From positions 1 to 53,245 of the forward strand of contig JANMLN010000144.1 of NCBI GenBank assembly GCA_031372565.1: 53,245 nt of DNA, in the 5' to 3' direction. The number at the start of each line of letters is the position of its first letter. Position 1 is the first letter of the stretch. The notes below the pieces were generated by a model. That model saw nothing but the letters and a program-made list of their open reading frames with translations. It did no database searches and had not been told where the DNA came from. A program made the translations under genes and the position numbers. The DNA comes from Gemmatimonadota bacterium. Its GTDB lineage: Bacteria; Gemmatimonadota; Gemmatimonadetes; Gemmatimonadales; Gemmatimonadaceae. Of this stretch, positions 17,253 to 26,661 are shown piece by piece.

Positions 17253-17726
17253 TCAGCTCGGCGTGAGCGCGCCGAGCGCCAGCGGCGCCTTCACGCTCCA
17301 TCGACCATCCGAGATGATCACCTGCACGGCACGCCGGGCCATCACGTCGACCACGATCGGCGCTGCCAGATTCGCCGTCGCGGGTTCGCCCGCGCCGCCG
17401 GGCAGCGTCACGATCGCGAACACGGCGACATCCGACGCTTCGGTCGCGCCAATGCGCTCGAGTTCCGCCGGCGCGAGCTCCACGGCGTATCCCTCGAAGG
17501 CACTGAACGGATCGGCCAGGAGGAAGGCCAGCGCCGGATGCTCTGCCGACTGCAGCCATGCCGTGCCGGCGCGCGCACCATCGAGCAACACCCACTCGTG
17601 GCATGCGGGAAAGCCAAGCACGCCGTCGTGGGCGTGGATGATCTGGTCGGGTGCGATGTCGATCGATCCGAACAGCTTCGTGTCGATCGTGCGCGGCGGC
17701 ATCAACGTGAGGGCAGGGACGCTCAT
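17253..17726 (-). CDS. fliW: Flagellar assembly factor FliW
   Basis: IDTKLFGSI, GVLGFP, WLQSAEHPALAFLLADPF, TANLAAPIVV; ATG overlaps the flgL stop. Confidence 0.92.
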   Translation of the reverse strand: MSVPALTLMPPRTIDTKLFGSIDIAPDQIIHAHDGVLGFPACHEWVLLDGARAGTAWLQSAEHPALAFLLADPFSAFEGYAVELAPAELERIGATEASDVAVFAIVTLPGGAGEPATANLAAPIVVDVMARRAVQVIISDGRWSVKAPLALGALTPS

Positions 17727-18622
17727 CGGAGGTATTGCGTGAGAGACATGGACAACACGCGTGAGGTGGCCGCCATCGCGGCCTGATACGACGTTTGCCG
17801 GGACACCAGTTCGGTCATGGCCGCAGCAAGATCGGCGTCCTGCAGATTGGAGCTCCACGCCGTGAGCTGACTCGAGAAGGCACCCAGATTGGTATCGGCC
17901 ATCTCGAGCCGCGCGCCACGGGCGCCCGTCTCGGCCACCAGCCCCTGCAGCCCCTGCACGGCCGCTTCGAGCGTGCCGAGCGTGCCGCGCACATTCGTGG
18001 CCGAGCCCGACTGGAGCGCCGCATTCAGATCGGTCAGTGACTTGAGGAGGCCGCCTGTCGCGTCGCCGAAGACGGTCGCGCCGTCATGGTGCGCGACCAC
18101 GCGATCGCCACTGCCGATCTCGATGGCACGTGTGCCGACGCCACCATTGGTCGTGAAGCTGTAGTCGGGGTTGGTCGTGTCGACCGAGTACGGTGACGTC
18201 GTCGACGTCGCACCGCCGAACAGGAACTCGTCGGCATCCTTTGTATTGGCGAGCGAGACCGCCTGCGCGATCAGCCCGTTCACTTCGCCCACCGCCTGCT
18301 GGCGTGCCTGGGAGCTGGCGGTGGAGTCGCCCTGTTGCACGGCGAGTTCACGCGCCCGGTCCATCAGGTTGCTGAGTTGCGCGAGCACGCCATCTTCGAG
18401 CTCGACACGACGCTTGGCGGTCGTGATCCCGGTCCGATACTGGGCAATGGCCCGCTGCTGGCTCTCGTTGCGGAGCACGCCGTTCGCGGCCACCGGATCC
18501 TCGGAGGCACGTTCCCACCGTTTCCCGGTCGTCATCTGGTCCTGAAGCTGCGCCATGGCCGACCGCAGCGTGCCCAGCTGCGTGACTGCACGTGTGGAGG
18601 CGTAGTTGTCCGTGATGCGCAT
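17723..18622 (-). CDS. flgL: Flagellar hook-associated protein FlgL
   Basis: MRIT start at 18622, TGKRWERASEDPVA, ANTKDADEFLFGG, DADLAAAMTEL...YQAAM...SLTQYLR. Confidence 0.93.
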   Translation of the reverse strand: MRITDNYASTRAVTQLGTLRSAMAQLQDQMTTGKRWERASEDPVAANGVLRNESQQRAIAQYRTGITTAKRRVELEDGVLAQLSNLMDRARELAVQQGDSTASSQARQQAVGEVNGLIAQAVSLANTKDADEFLFGGATSTTSPYSVDTTNPDYSFTTNGGVGTRAIEIGSGDRVVAHHDGATVFGDATGGLLKSLTDLNAALQSGSATNVRGTLGTLEAAVQGLQGLVAETGARGARLEMADTNLGAFSSQLTAWSSNLQDADLAAAMTELVSRQTSYQAAMAATSRVLSMSLTQYLR

Positions 18623-18670
18623 GGAGCCAGGGGTGGAAGCGGGAAGAAAGTGCCGATGCACCCCTCGTAA

Positions 18671-18686
18671 GGCAGGATGCGTGCCA
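18671..18686 (-). promoter_or_regulatory. sigma54 promoter of the flgL-fliW-GT unit
   Basis: Minus strand reads TGGCACGCATCCTGCC (GG-N10-GC); a CGGCAA lies upstream at 18741-18746. Confidence 0.75.
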
Positions 18687-18760
18687 GAACCGGCCGGACC
18701 TCGTGTCAGAAGTATCGGACAGCGCTTCGCCCGCACGCCGCGGCAATGTCACGACAACAC

Positions 18761-18787
18761 TCAAGGATGCCAGACTCGCGCCGACAC
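18761..18787 (+). promoter_or_regulatory. sigma28-like promoter of the divergent unknown ORFs
   Basis: TCAA-N15-GCCGACAC. Confidence 0.6.
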
Positions 18788-18831
18788 TTGCCTGTGTAGG
18801 CAATCACGCTCACGCTCAACGGAGAGCAGCA

Positions 18832-19215
18832 GTGTCAGAGGCCCCTTTGTCCTCCCGTTCGGCCGGACGCCGCGGAGACGGCGCCCGCGAGACCCTCTTT
18901 CAACGGATCGACGCCATCGTGGGCTCGATCCGCCCCACCGCCGATCTTGCCGAGGTGATGGCGTCGCATCTGCGCACTCCGCAGGCGCCCAAGGCGGCCA
19001 CGCCAGCCGTCGCGGCCACCGCATCAGCCGTGCAGCCGGCCGCAGCGCAGCCCAAGGCATTGGGTGAGAACGATCCGGTCTTCGGCCGCCTGCTGGAGCG
19101 CTGGTTTGCGCTCGAGCGTGACCGCGTCCTCGGCGAGCACCTGCATCTCGACCAGGTCAAGGCCGTGGCGACTGCCTACGCCGTCCCCGAAGCCGAACTG
19201 CGCGTGGTTCGATAA
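18832..19215 (+). CDS. Hypothetical protein
   Basis: GTG at 18832 preceded by GGAGAG and a sigma28-like promoter; high-GC3 codon pattern; start uncertain. Confidence 0.6.
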   Translation: MSEAPLSSRSAGRRGDGARETLFQRIDAIVGSIRPTADLAEVMASHLRTPQAPKAATPAVAATASAVQPAAAQPKALGENDPVFGRLLERWFALERDRVLGEHLHLDQVKAVATAYAVPEAELRVVR

Positions 19216-19221
19216 TACGGA

Positions 19222-19554
19222 ATGGCTGGCCTCCGAGGCGAAGCCTCTCCCGAACGGTGGCCGCAGCTCATGCGGCAGCTGCTCGATGCCACACAGTCCC
19301 ATGCCGAACCGCCCGTCAGCACGTCTGACGAGGCGGATGATGTCGTTGTGCGCGCCGCACACGCCCTCGACCTGCACGCCTCGCACGCACGTGCCGTGCG
19401 CGCGACCGCCGCGCAGTGGAACCGCGACAGCCGCCCGAAGGCCGCCCCACTGCCCTTCATCCTGGGCAACGAGGGCGCTGCACCGGTCCCCTTCTTCGGG
19501 GTCCGCGCCCCGACCCCCTACAACGCCGGTCGTACGGTCGACCGAAAAGGGTAA
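19222..19554 (+). CDS. Hypothetical protein
   Basis: Begins 6 nt after the previous ORF; C-terminal YNAGRTVDRKG. Confidence 0.6.
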   Translation: MAGLRGEASPERWPQLMRQLLDATQSHAEPPVSTSDEADDVVVRAAHALDLHASHARAVRATAAQWNRDSRPKAAPLPFILGNEGAAPVPFFGVRAPTPYNAGRTVDRKG

Positions 19555-19590
19555 TTCTGACCCCGCGCCCCGGTTTTTTTTGCCGAGGGC

Positions 19591-19618
19591 TCAAGTCTGC
19601 CGGGTACCCGGCCGATAG
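19591..19618 (+). promoter_or_regulatory. sigma28 promoter of flgM
   Basis: TCAA-N16-GCCGATAG followed by the SD GAGGAGG. Confidence 0.75.
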
Positions 19619-19647
19619 TTCCGGTATCCTGAGGAGGATATGCCTGT

Positions 19648-19947
19648 ATGAGCTCGATTCGCCCCGTGAAGCCCACCGAGATCTCCCAGTCCGAGTCCCG
19701 CGCCATCCGCGGCGGTCAGGAGATCAACGCCCCCAAGTCCGTCGGCGGAAACGCCACGAGCCAGACCGCCGCGCCGCAGCGTGACCGTGTCGAGCTCTCG
19801 TCCGAGGGACGCGCCCTCGCCCGCGCCAGCGCGCTCGATGCTGGTCGTGTCGACGCGATCCGGCAGCGCGTGCTGACCGGCGCGTACGACAACCTTGGCG
19901 TGATCGACCAGGTGGCGCGCCGCATGCTGCAGCGCGGCGACCTGTAG
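19648..19947 (+). CDS. flgM: Anti-sigma28 factor FlgM-like protein
   Basis: DRVELSSEGRAL and RVDAIRQRVLTGAY...VARRML; 99 aa; sigma28 promoter upstream. Confidence 0.8.
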   Translation: MSSIRPVKPTEISQSESRAIRGGQEINAPKSVGGNATSQTAAPQRDRVELSSEGRALARASALDAGRVDAIRQRVLTGAYDNLGVIDQVARRMLQRGDL

Positions 19948-19973
19948 ACCGATACTGCACGGAAGCGGCGCCA

Positions 19974-20339
19974 ATGTCCGGCGCCGCTTCCCCCTGCTTC
20001 CCGATGCGCCCAGACTCCGCCGAACGCGCCGTCAACGCCTACTACGACTCGGAAGCCGCGCTGCGCATGGTGGCGTCCGAGCTCGGAGCCCTGCGCCTCG
20101 TGGCCGAGGGACACGAGCCCGTATCGCCACACGCACCGACACCGACTCCGGCCGATGCGGCCGCGGGACTGGTCGACGCGCTCGATCGCGCACTCGCGCT
20201 GCTCGTTCCCGGTTACCCGCGGAGCGACGACGAAGTGGCCGATCACCTCGTGATTCGCCGCGCGCTCGAGTTCGAGGTCGCGGGCATCGTCTCCGCCCTC
20301 ACCGGCGAACCGATCGCCGGCGTGCGGCGCGCACACTAG
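19974..20339 (+). CDS. Hypothetical protein
   Basis: In tandem between flgM and the PilZ gene; YYDSEAALRMV segment; start uncertain. Confidence 0.55.
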   Translation: MSGAASPCFPMRPDSAERAVNAYYDSEAALRMVASELGALRLVAEGHEPVSPHAPTPTPADAAAGLVDALDRALALLVPGYPRSDDEVADHLVIRRALEFEVAGIVSALTGEPIAGVRRAH

Positions 20340-20349
20340 CGCGCGGTCC

Positions 20350-20700
20350 ATGGCCCGCCGCGACGAGCAGCGCTGGCACTACCGCATCACCTACCCCGAG
20401 CGGGCCGTGCCGACCTTCACCACGGGTGGGACCGCGCTGCGCGTGCTCGATCTGTCCGAAGCGGGCATGCGCTACGCGCTCGCCGACGATGACGACGCCC
20501 CGAACGTCGACGACGAATGCTCGGGCATGCTCAAACTGCATGAAGGGCGCACCGTCGAACTGCGCGCGGTCGTGGCACGGGTCCAGGGACGCACGGTCTC
20601 ATGTCGCATCCTGCCGCCGGGCATTCCGCTCAGCGTCACCTTCGCCGAGCAGCGCTGGCTCCTGCGGCGCTATCCCCTGCTCTTCCGCGCCGCGAGCTGA
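20350..20700 (+). CDS. Stand-alone PilZ-domain (c-di-GMP receptor) protein
   Basis: RxxxR (RWHYR) and DxSxxG (DLSEAG) motifs. Confidence 0.85.
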   Translation: MARRDEQRWHYRITYPERAVPTFTTGGTALRVLDLSEAGMRYALADDDDAPNVDDECSGMLKLHEGRTVELRAVVARVQGRTVSCRILPPGIPLSVTFAEQRWLLRRYPLLFRAAS

Positions 20701-21923
20701 CGCGACGAGGCGTCCTTGAACACGACGCCCCCCTTCATCACGAAGCGGACCTGACCGTAGGCCGCCACCGTGGCGCGCGGATCGCCCGCGAGCGCCACGA
20801 GATCCGCCTGCATCCCCGGCGCGAGCGTGCCAATCTCCCTGGCCAAGCCAAGCGACGCGGCGGCCTGCGACGTCACGCTCTGCAACAATGCGTCGAGTGG
20901 CACGCCCCCCTGCGTCGCCCGGCAGGTGAGTTCATCGGCGTTGCGACCGTGCGCGCCAGCCACGGCATCGGTGCCGAAGATCACCCTGAGCCCCGGCGTG
21001 CGCACCGAGCGCGCGATCTGCTTCGGCGCCTCGGGCACGACGCGCTCCATCGCCGCAAAGCCCGCCGCGTTGTAATTGCCGATGCCGTCGAACCACGGCT
21101 TGTTGTCGAGGTAGTTGCGGAACACCAACCCGCACTGCGGATCGAACCATGTCCCCGCCTTCACCATCGCCGCGCGCGCAGCGTCATCCGCAAAGAGCCC
21201 GTGCTCGATCTGGTCACAGCCGGCGCGCACCGCCGCCAGCATGCTCCCCGCATCGTGCGCATGCACCACCACGCGCAGCCCCTGCGCGTGCCCTTCACTG
21301 CAGGCCGCGCCAAGTTGTGCGTCGGTCATCGTCTGCACGCCACCATCCCGAATCGACTTGGACGCGAACAGCTTGATCACGTCCGCGCCGCGTGACTTGA
21401 AGGCGCGAACCGAATCGCGAAGCGCCTCGGCGGTGCCGCTGCGCTCGTTGAGCGAGCCAAGCGACGTGATCAGCCGCGGCCCGGCAATCACGCCGCGCGC
21501 AATCGCGTCGCGAAGGGGGGCATCCTCAGGCGCGCCCAGGCTCTGCACCGTGGTGAACCCGGCCATGAGCGTGCGCGACGCATTGCCTGCGGCCGCGAGC
21601 GCTGCCTCGGTGAGGCCGTCGCCGTCGCGTTCGACGTGCAGCTTCCCCTTGGCCGTGATGTACCAGGTGAGGTGCACGTGCGTGTCGATGAGCCCGGGCA
21701 CGAGCGTCACCGTGCCCAAGTCGCGCGTGACCTTCGCGCCAGCCGGGAGCGCACCGACCGCGGTGATCTTGCCGTTCGCGATCGAGACCGTGCCGTTCGG
21801 CCACGCCTTGCCCGCGCCGTCGAGCACGAGCGCCGCTCGGAGCACCATGGTGCCGCTGTCCGTCTGGGCCGGGGCGGCGAGGGGAAGCGCACAGGTCAGG
21901 GCGAGGGCCGCGAGGCGACGCAT
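20670..21923 (-). CDS. Secreted metal-dependent amidohydrolase (Xaa-Pro dipeptidase-like)
   Basis: Signal peptide from ATG 21923; PGLIDTHVH, GADVIK, VHAH, IEHG, FGTD, IGTLAPGMQADLV. Confidence 0.9.
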   Translation of the reverse strand: MRRLAALALTCALPLAAPAQTDSGTMVLRAALVLDGAGKAWPNGTVSIANGKITAVGALPAGAKVTRDLGTVTLVPGLIDTHVHLTWYITAKGKLHVERDGDGLTEAALAAAGNASRTLMAGFTTVQSLGAPEDAPLRDAIARGVIAGPRLITSLGSLNERSGTAEALRDSVRAFKSRGADVIKLFASKSIRDGGVQTMTDAQLGAACSEGHAQGLRVVVHAHDAGSMLAAVRAGCDQIEHGLFADDAARAAMVKAGTWFDPQCGLVFRNYLDNKPWFDGIGNYNAAGFAAMERVVPEAPKQIARSVRTPGLRVIFGTDAVAGAHGRNADELTCRATQGGVPLDALLQSVTSQAAASLGLAREIGTLAPGMQADLVALAGDPRATVAAYGQVRFVMKGGVVFKDASSRQLAARKSRG

Positions 21924-21979
21924 GAGTAGCGGGGTGAGGGGTAACGGAACAGTATTACGGATCGCACCCGTTTGCACCC

Positions 21980-22086
21980 GTCGTCCTGAGCGAAGCGAAG
22001 GATCGGCTTCGCCCTCGGCGGCGGGTGTGCTGCTCGGCGACAACTACTACGGGCACAAGCAGGTCCTTCGCTTCGCTCAGGACGAC
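21980..22086. repeat. REP-like inverted-repeat doublet
   Basis: GTCGTCCTGAGCGAAGCGAAGGA at 21980 with its inverted copy ending at 22086. Confidence 0.85.
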
Positions 22087-22088
22087 CA

Positions 22089-22700
22089 ATGGCCACCATG
22101 CCGACCAACCGCCGTTCCTTCCTCAAGGCCGCCTCCGTTTCGGCAGCCGCCGCCGCAGGCCTCGCCGCCGCCTGCACCACCGAACGCACGGGCGGCGCGG
22201 CTGCCAGCGCGGGCGCCACGCTCGACGGCCCGCTCCTTGACGCCGCTGCCGAGGTTGTGCTCCCAGCCGAGCTCGGTGCCGCCGGACGCGCCTCCGCCGT
22301 CGCCGCCTTTCGCAGCTGGGTCGCCGGCTACGAGCCCGCCGCCGAGGAAATGCACGGCTACGGCGATCAGGAGATCAAGTATCTCCCGGCGCACCCGGCA
22401 CCCCAGTGGAACGCGCAGTTGCAGCAGCTCGATGCCGTCGCCCGCAAGACGACCACCAAGGGCTTCGCTCAGCTCGAACCGGCCGCGCGCGAAGCGCTCG
22501 TCCGCGCGCAGTTGGGCCGACTCAAGGGCGGCGACCGCATGCCGAACGTGCTCACCGCACCGCACGTCGCGCTGGCGCTGTTGGCGCACTGGGCCGACTC
22601 GCCGGCCGCCACCGACACCGTCTATGGCGCCGCCATCGGCAAGGACAGCTGCCGCACCCTCGCCACCGTGACCGCTGCGCCCCGCAAGGTGTCCGCATGA
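22089..22700 (+). CDS. Tat-signal small subunit (gluconate 2-dehydrogenase subunit 3-like)
   Basis: NRRSFLK twin-arginine motif; KGFAQLEPAAREALV; ATGA overlap with the GMC gene. Confidence 0.75.
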   Translation: MATMPTNRRSFLKAASVSAAAAAGLAAACTTERTGGAAASAGATLDGPLLDAAAEVVLPAELGAAGRASAVAAFRSWVAGYEPAAEEMHGYGDQEIKYLPAHPAPQWNAQLQQLDAVARKTTTKGFAQLEPAAREALVRAQLGRLKGGDRMPNVLTAPHVALALLAHWADSPAATDTVYGAAIGKDSCRTLATVTAAPRKVSA

Positions 22701-24301
22701 CCACGCGTCGCATCGAGGCCGACATCGCCATCGTCGGCTCCGGCATCACCGCCGTGCTCATGGCCGCCAAGCTCGCCGAGACCACGAAGGGCTCCATCAC
22801 CATCATCGAAGCGGGCGGCGCCACCACGCCGTTCAAGGAACGCAACGTCGCCCGCCAACGCTTCCTCGACTACAACGAGTCGCCGTGGAAGTCCGATCAC
22901 CTGGACGACCAGAACGCGCTCGGCACGGCTTATGGCTTCTCCCCGGACATGCATGTCGGCGGACTCGCCATGCATTGGGGCGCGGTCACGCCGCGTTACT
23001 CCCCCGACGACTTCAAGCTCAAGTCGATGCACGGCGTCTTCGAAGACTGGCCCATCAGCTACGACGACCTCGATCCGTTCTATCAGGAAGCGGAAGAGCG
23101 CATGGGCGTGAGCGGCGAGCAGGGCCCGGCCGCCATGGATCCGCGCGGCAAGCCGTTCCCCATGCCCGGCCTCCCGCTCTCGCACAACCTGCAGCAGCTC
23201 AAGGGATGGATCGAACAGGCCGGCGTCACGATGTGGAGCCAGCCCTCCGCCAAGAACTCCGTGGCGCGCGATGGTCGCGCCCTCTGCCAGCGCTGTGACA
23301 CCTGCTATCCCGTGTGTCCCACCGGTGCCAAGTACTCCCCGGAGTGGACGCTCGACGCGCTCACCAACAGCAATCGCGTCTCGCTCAACACGCATGTGCT
23401 CGTGCGGCGCGTCCACGCCGATCCCAGGACGGGGCGCATCACGCACCTCACCGGCAACTCCACGCTGGCCGAGGGCGGCGACGTCGAGATCCACGCGAAG
23501 CAGTTCGTGCTCGCGGGTGGCTTCACCTGGACGTCGCACCTGCTGCTCCTCTCGACGAGCAGCGCATATCCCGGCGGCATCGCCAATCGCAGCGGACACG
23601 TGGGCCAGTACCTCTGCGGCCACCGCAATCTCAACGCGCACATCGAGCTCCCGCTCACGCTCTACCCCGGCATGAACGGGCAGCACTCGCTCGTCTCCAA
23701 GCAGTTCATGCGCGTGCCGCGTGCCGCCAAGTACCTGCGCCACGACCTGCGCGTGTGGGAGTCGAGCGTCGGACGCGAAGCGCGCTGGCGCGATGCACAG
23801 GGCAAGGTGCTCCTCGGTTCCGCGCTCCTGGCCGACTGGAAAGCCCGCACGCACAAGGGTGCCGCGCGCATTCGCGCGTATCACGACGTGCTCCCCGCCC
23901 GCGACAGCCAGCTCACGCTCGATACGGGCACCAGGAACCGGTTCGGCGATCCGATGCCGCGCCTCGCCTTCAAGGATCACGCGATCACGACCGCGTTGCA
24001 GGGCTACACCGACGACACGATCAAGGCGCGCTTCACGCAGTTCGCCAAGGCGGGTGGCGGCCAGGTCATCTCGATGGCCAGCTCATCGAACGACATCGGA
24101 CAGGAACACCCGGGCGGCGGCTGTCGCATGGGCGCCGATCCGGCCACCAGCGTCGTCGACAGCTGGGGACGCGCGCATGATCACGAGAACCTCTGGATCG
24201 GTGGTGCCCCCGTGAACGTGACGGCCAGTTGCTGCAACGGCACGCTGACCTTCGTCGCGCTCGGACTGCGAACCGCCGACGGAATCGCACGCGCCACGTA
24301 A
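22697..24301 (+). CDS. GMC-family FAD oxidoreductase (sugar/gluconate dehydrogenase-like flavoprotein)
   Basis: DIAIVGSG, VGG...HWG, WPISYDDLDPFY, Cys cluster CQRCDTCYPVCPTGAKY, HPGGGCRMG.DP..SVVD, NGTLT. Confidence 0.92.
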   Translation: MTTRRIEADIAIVGSGITAVLMAAKLAETTKGSITIIEAGGATTPFKERNVARQRFLDYNESPWKSDHLDDQNALGTAYGFSPDMHVGGLAMHWGAVTPRYSPDDFKLKSMHGVFEDWPISYDDLDPFYQEAEERMGVSGEQGPAAMDPRGKPFPMPGLPLSHNLQQLKGWIEQAGVTMWSQPSAKNSVARDGRALCQRCDTCYPVCPTGAKYSPEWTLDALTNSNRVSLNTHVLVRRVHADPRTGRITHLTGNSTLAEGGDVEIHAKQFVLAGGFTWTSHLLLLSTSSAYPGGIANRSGHVGQYLCGHRNLNAHIELPLTLYPGMNGQHSLVSKQFMRVPRAAKYLRHDLRVWESSVGREARWRDAQGKVLLGSALLADWKARTHKGAARIRAYHDVLPARDSQLTLDTGTRNRFGDPMPRLAFKDHAITTALQGYTDDTIKARFTQFAKAGGGQVISMASSSNDIGQEHPGGGCRMGADPATSVVDSWGRAHDHENLWIGGAPVNVTASCCNGTLTFVALGLRTADGIARAT

Positions 24302-24424
24302 TCGCGGCGTGCACGACATGCCACGGCAGCCCCGGACGCGAATCGCCGTCCCCGTGTCGATTCCTGCCGGCCTCGCACGTCCTCATGGTGAACCCTCACA
24401 CATGCGGCCGGACGGCCGCAGGAG

Positions 24425-24778
24425 ATGCCCATGGCCCAGTTCATCCTGTTGTTGCACGAGAACCCCGCCGCATTCGCTGATCTCACCCCCGAGGAGATGC
24501 AGCAGATGGTCGCCCGGTACGGCGCGTGGGGCCGCGCCCTCGCCGAGAAGGGACACTACGTCGGTGGCCACAAGCTCAAGGACGAAGGCGGACGCCACAT
24601 GGCGCGCGACAAGGGCGCCCTCCGCGTCACCGACGGCCCCTACTCCGAAGTCAAGGAGCTGGTGGGCGGCCTCTTCATCATCGAAGCGCCCGACTACGAC
24701 ACCGCCGTGACGCTCGCCGCCGACTGCCCGCACATGGACAACGGCTGGATCGAGATCCGCGAGATCGACAAGGCGTGA
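24425..24778 (+). CDS. YciI/DGPF-family protein
   Basis: TDGPYSEVKELVGGLFII, CPH, IEIRE. Confidence 0.9.
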   Translation: MPMAQFILLLHENPAAFADLTPEEMQQMVARYGAWGRALAEKGHYVGGHKLKDEGGRHMARDKGALRVTDGPYSEVKELVGGLFIIEAPDYDTAVTLAADCPHMDNGWIEIREIDKA

Positions 24779-26064
24779 CGCACGAACAGGTCGGACCGCT
24801 CGTCGACCATCTCTTTCGCCGCGAGGCGGGGCGCCTGGTTGCGCGCCTCGCCCGCCGCTTCGGCGTTCGCTCGCTGCAGCTCGTCGAAGATGCCGTGCAG
24901 GACGCGCTGCTGCAGGCCTGTCGCACCTGGCCCTTCCGTGGCATCCCCCACGATCCCGCCGCCTGGATTGCCACGGCCGCCACCAACCGTGCGCTCGATC
25001 TCGTGCGCGCCGACGCCCGCCGTGCGCGCCTCCTCGGCGGCCCCGACAGCGCCCCAGCCGACGCGCACGACCCCACCCTTCCGGTCGTGGCCCCGTCGTA
25101 CCAGACACCAACCGACCACCACGAGCTGGGCGACGACGAACTCGCGCTCCTCTTCGCCTGCGCGCATCCCGCCATCACGGGCGAAACCGCCGTCACCCTC
25201 ATGCTCAAGACCGTCGGCGGCTTCGGCGTGCGCGAGATCGCGCGCGGTCTGCTCGCCGAGCCCGAGGCCATCGCGCAGCGCCTCGTGCGCGCCCGCCGGA
25301 CGCTCGCCGAGGCGCGCGTGCCCATGACCATTCCCGATGCCGCCCACGCGCACGACCGGGTGCAGGCGGTTGGTGAGGCGCTCTACCTCATGTTCACCGA
25401 GGGACACAGCGCCGCCGAGGCGGACGCGGTGATCCGGCGCGACCTCTGCCACGAGGCGCTCCGCCTCGCGCTCGCCGTCGCCGATCACCCCGCACTCGGC
25501 ACGCCGTCGCTCGACGCGCTTGTCGCCCTCATGGCGTTTACCGCCGCGCGGCTCGAGACGCGCGTCGACGACGCCGGCATTCCCGTGCTCCTGGCCGATC
25601 AGGACCGCACACGCTGGGATCGCGCCCTCATCGGACTCGCACTCCAGCGCGTGGAGCGCAGCATGCGCGCCACCACGCTCACGCGCTGGCATGTGGAAGC
25701 CGAGCTGGCCGGCTATCACGCACTGAGCCCGAGCGTGGACGAGATGCCGTGGCACGCCGTCGTGGATGCGTACGACCGGCTCCTGCTCATTGCGCCCTCG
25801 CCGGTCGTGCGCGTCAACCGTGCCGTCGCGCTGGGGTTTGCCGCAGGGCCCGCCGACGCGCTCGAGGCGCTCGACCATGCCGACGACGAGGGCCGCCTCG
25901 CGCGCTACCCGTGGCTCCACGCGGCGCGCGCGCACGCCCACGAACGGCTGCACGATGCCGCCAGCGCTCGGCACGCGTGGTCGCGCGCCCTCGCCCTCAC
26001 GACCTCGGCGCCACATCGGCGGTTCATCGAGGGGCGGCTCGCCCGGCTGGCCGCCATGCCGTAG
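24775..26064 (+). CDS. ECF sigma factor with C-terminal TPR-like extension (ECF42-type)
   Basis: GTG overlaps the yciI stop; EDAVQDAL, LFACAHP, GGFGVREIA, AQRLVRA, LYLMFTEG, LADQDRTRWD, SPVVRVNRAVA. Confidence 0.88.
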   Translation: MTHEQVGPLVDHLFRREAGRLVARLARRFGVRSLQLVEDAVQDALLQACRTWPFRGIPHDPAAWIATAATNRALDLVRADARRARLLGGPDSAPADAHDPTLPVVAPSYQTPTDHHELGDDELALLFACAHPAITGETAVTLMLKTVGGFGVREIARGLLAEPEAIAQRLVRARRTLAEARVPMTIPDAAHAHDRVQAVGEALYLMFTEGHSAAEADAVIRRDLCHEALRLALAVADHPALGTPSLDALVALMAFTAARLETRVDDAGIPVLLADQDRTRWDRALIGLALQRVERSMRATTLTRWHVEAELAGYHALSPSVDEMPWHAVVDAYDRLLLIAPSPVVRVNRAVALGFAAGPADALEALDHADDEGRLARYPWLHAARAHAHERLHDAASARHAWSRALALTTSAPHRRFIEGRLARLAAMP

Positions 26065-26119
26065 CGTGGCGGGTCGCGTCGAGGCCGCATCACGGCCGTC
26101 AGCCGATTAGTCTTCCCGC

Positions 26120-26632
26120 GTGCTCACCCCTCAACGCGCCCGCAAGCTCCTCATCTTCGTCCTGGTTGTGATCGTCCCCGCCTACGGGTACGTCGCCTGG
26201 ACCAACACCTCGCGCTGGCTCGCTGGCCGCGCCCTGATTGCGCGCGCCGTCCTCACGCAGGTCGCCATCACGGAGAGCGGCGTCGAGGAGCGCAAGGGCA
26301 TGTTCGGGCGCACCTTCTACGCGCCGCGCGTCCGGTACGGTGTCCGCACGGCCGAGGGCATCGTGATGGCCCGTCAGGTGACGCCGCTCGATGAGGCGTC
26401 CACCAAGGCGTGGGCCACCCGCATCGCTGATCTCTATCGCCCCGGGCAAGTCGAACCAGCCTGGATCGACACCACCGGCACGCAGAAGTCCTACCTCGTA
26501 CCCGAACTTGGCTCGTTCTTTCTCTGGACGATGGCCGGCGGCGTGGCGCTGCTCGCCGTCTTGCTTCCGCTCGCGTGGAGCGCACGGAGCGCACGAAGCA
26601 CACCAACCGCCGGAACCGGCGTGCGCGGCTAG
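26120..26632 (+). CDS. DUF3592-like membrane protein
   Basis: Two TM helices flanking a beta-rich region (FYAPRVRY...YRPGQVEPAWID). Confidence 0.6.
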   Translation: MLTPQRARKLLIFVLVVIVPAYGYVAWTNTSRWLAGRALIARAVLTQVAITESGVEERKGMFGRTFYAPRVRYGVRTAEGIVMARQVTPLDEASTKAWATRIADLYRPGQVEPAWIDTTGTQKSYLVPELGSFFLWTMAGGVALLAVLLPLAWSARSARSTPTAGTGVRG

Positions 26633-26661
26633 CAGCCGCGCACCATCGTCGCGATCGCCCG

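Noticed and set aside
14106..17786. 1226-aa plus-strand ORF, and similar long antisense ORFs (3922-6105, 9565-11589, 10682-12592, 46875-48290)
   Set aside because: Shadow ORFs of well-supported minus-strand genes in high-GC DNA; no recognisable motifs.
18695..18745. sigma28 -10-like TCCGATAC on the minus strand upstream of flgL
   Set aside because: No TCAA/TAAA -35 at 15-16 nt spacing; the sigma54 motif explains flgL better.
19974..20339. CheZ-like phosphatase call
   Set aside because: No DxxxQ catalytic motif is visible; left as hypothetical.
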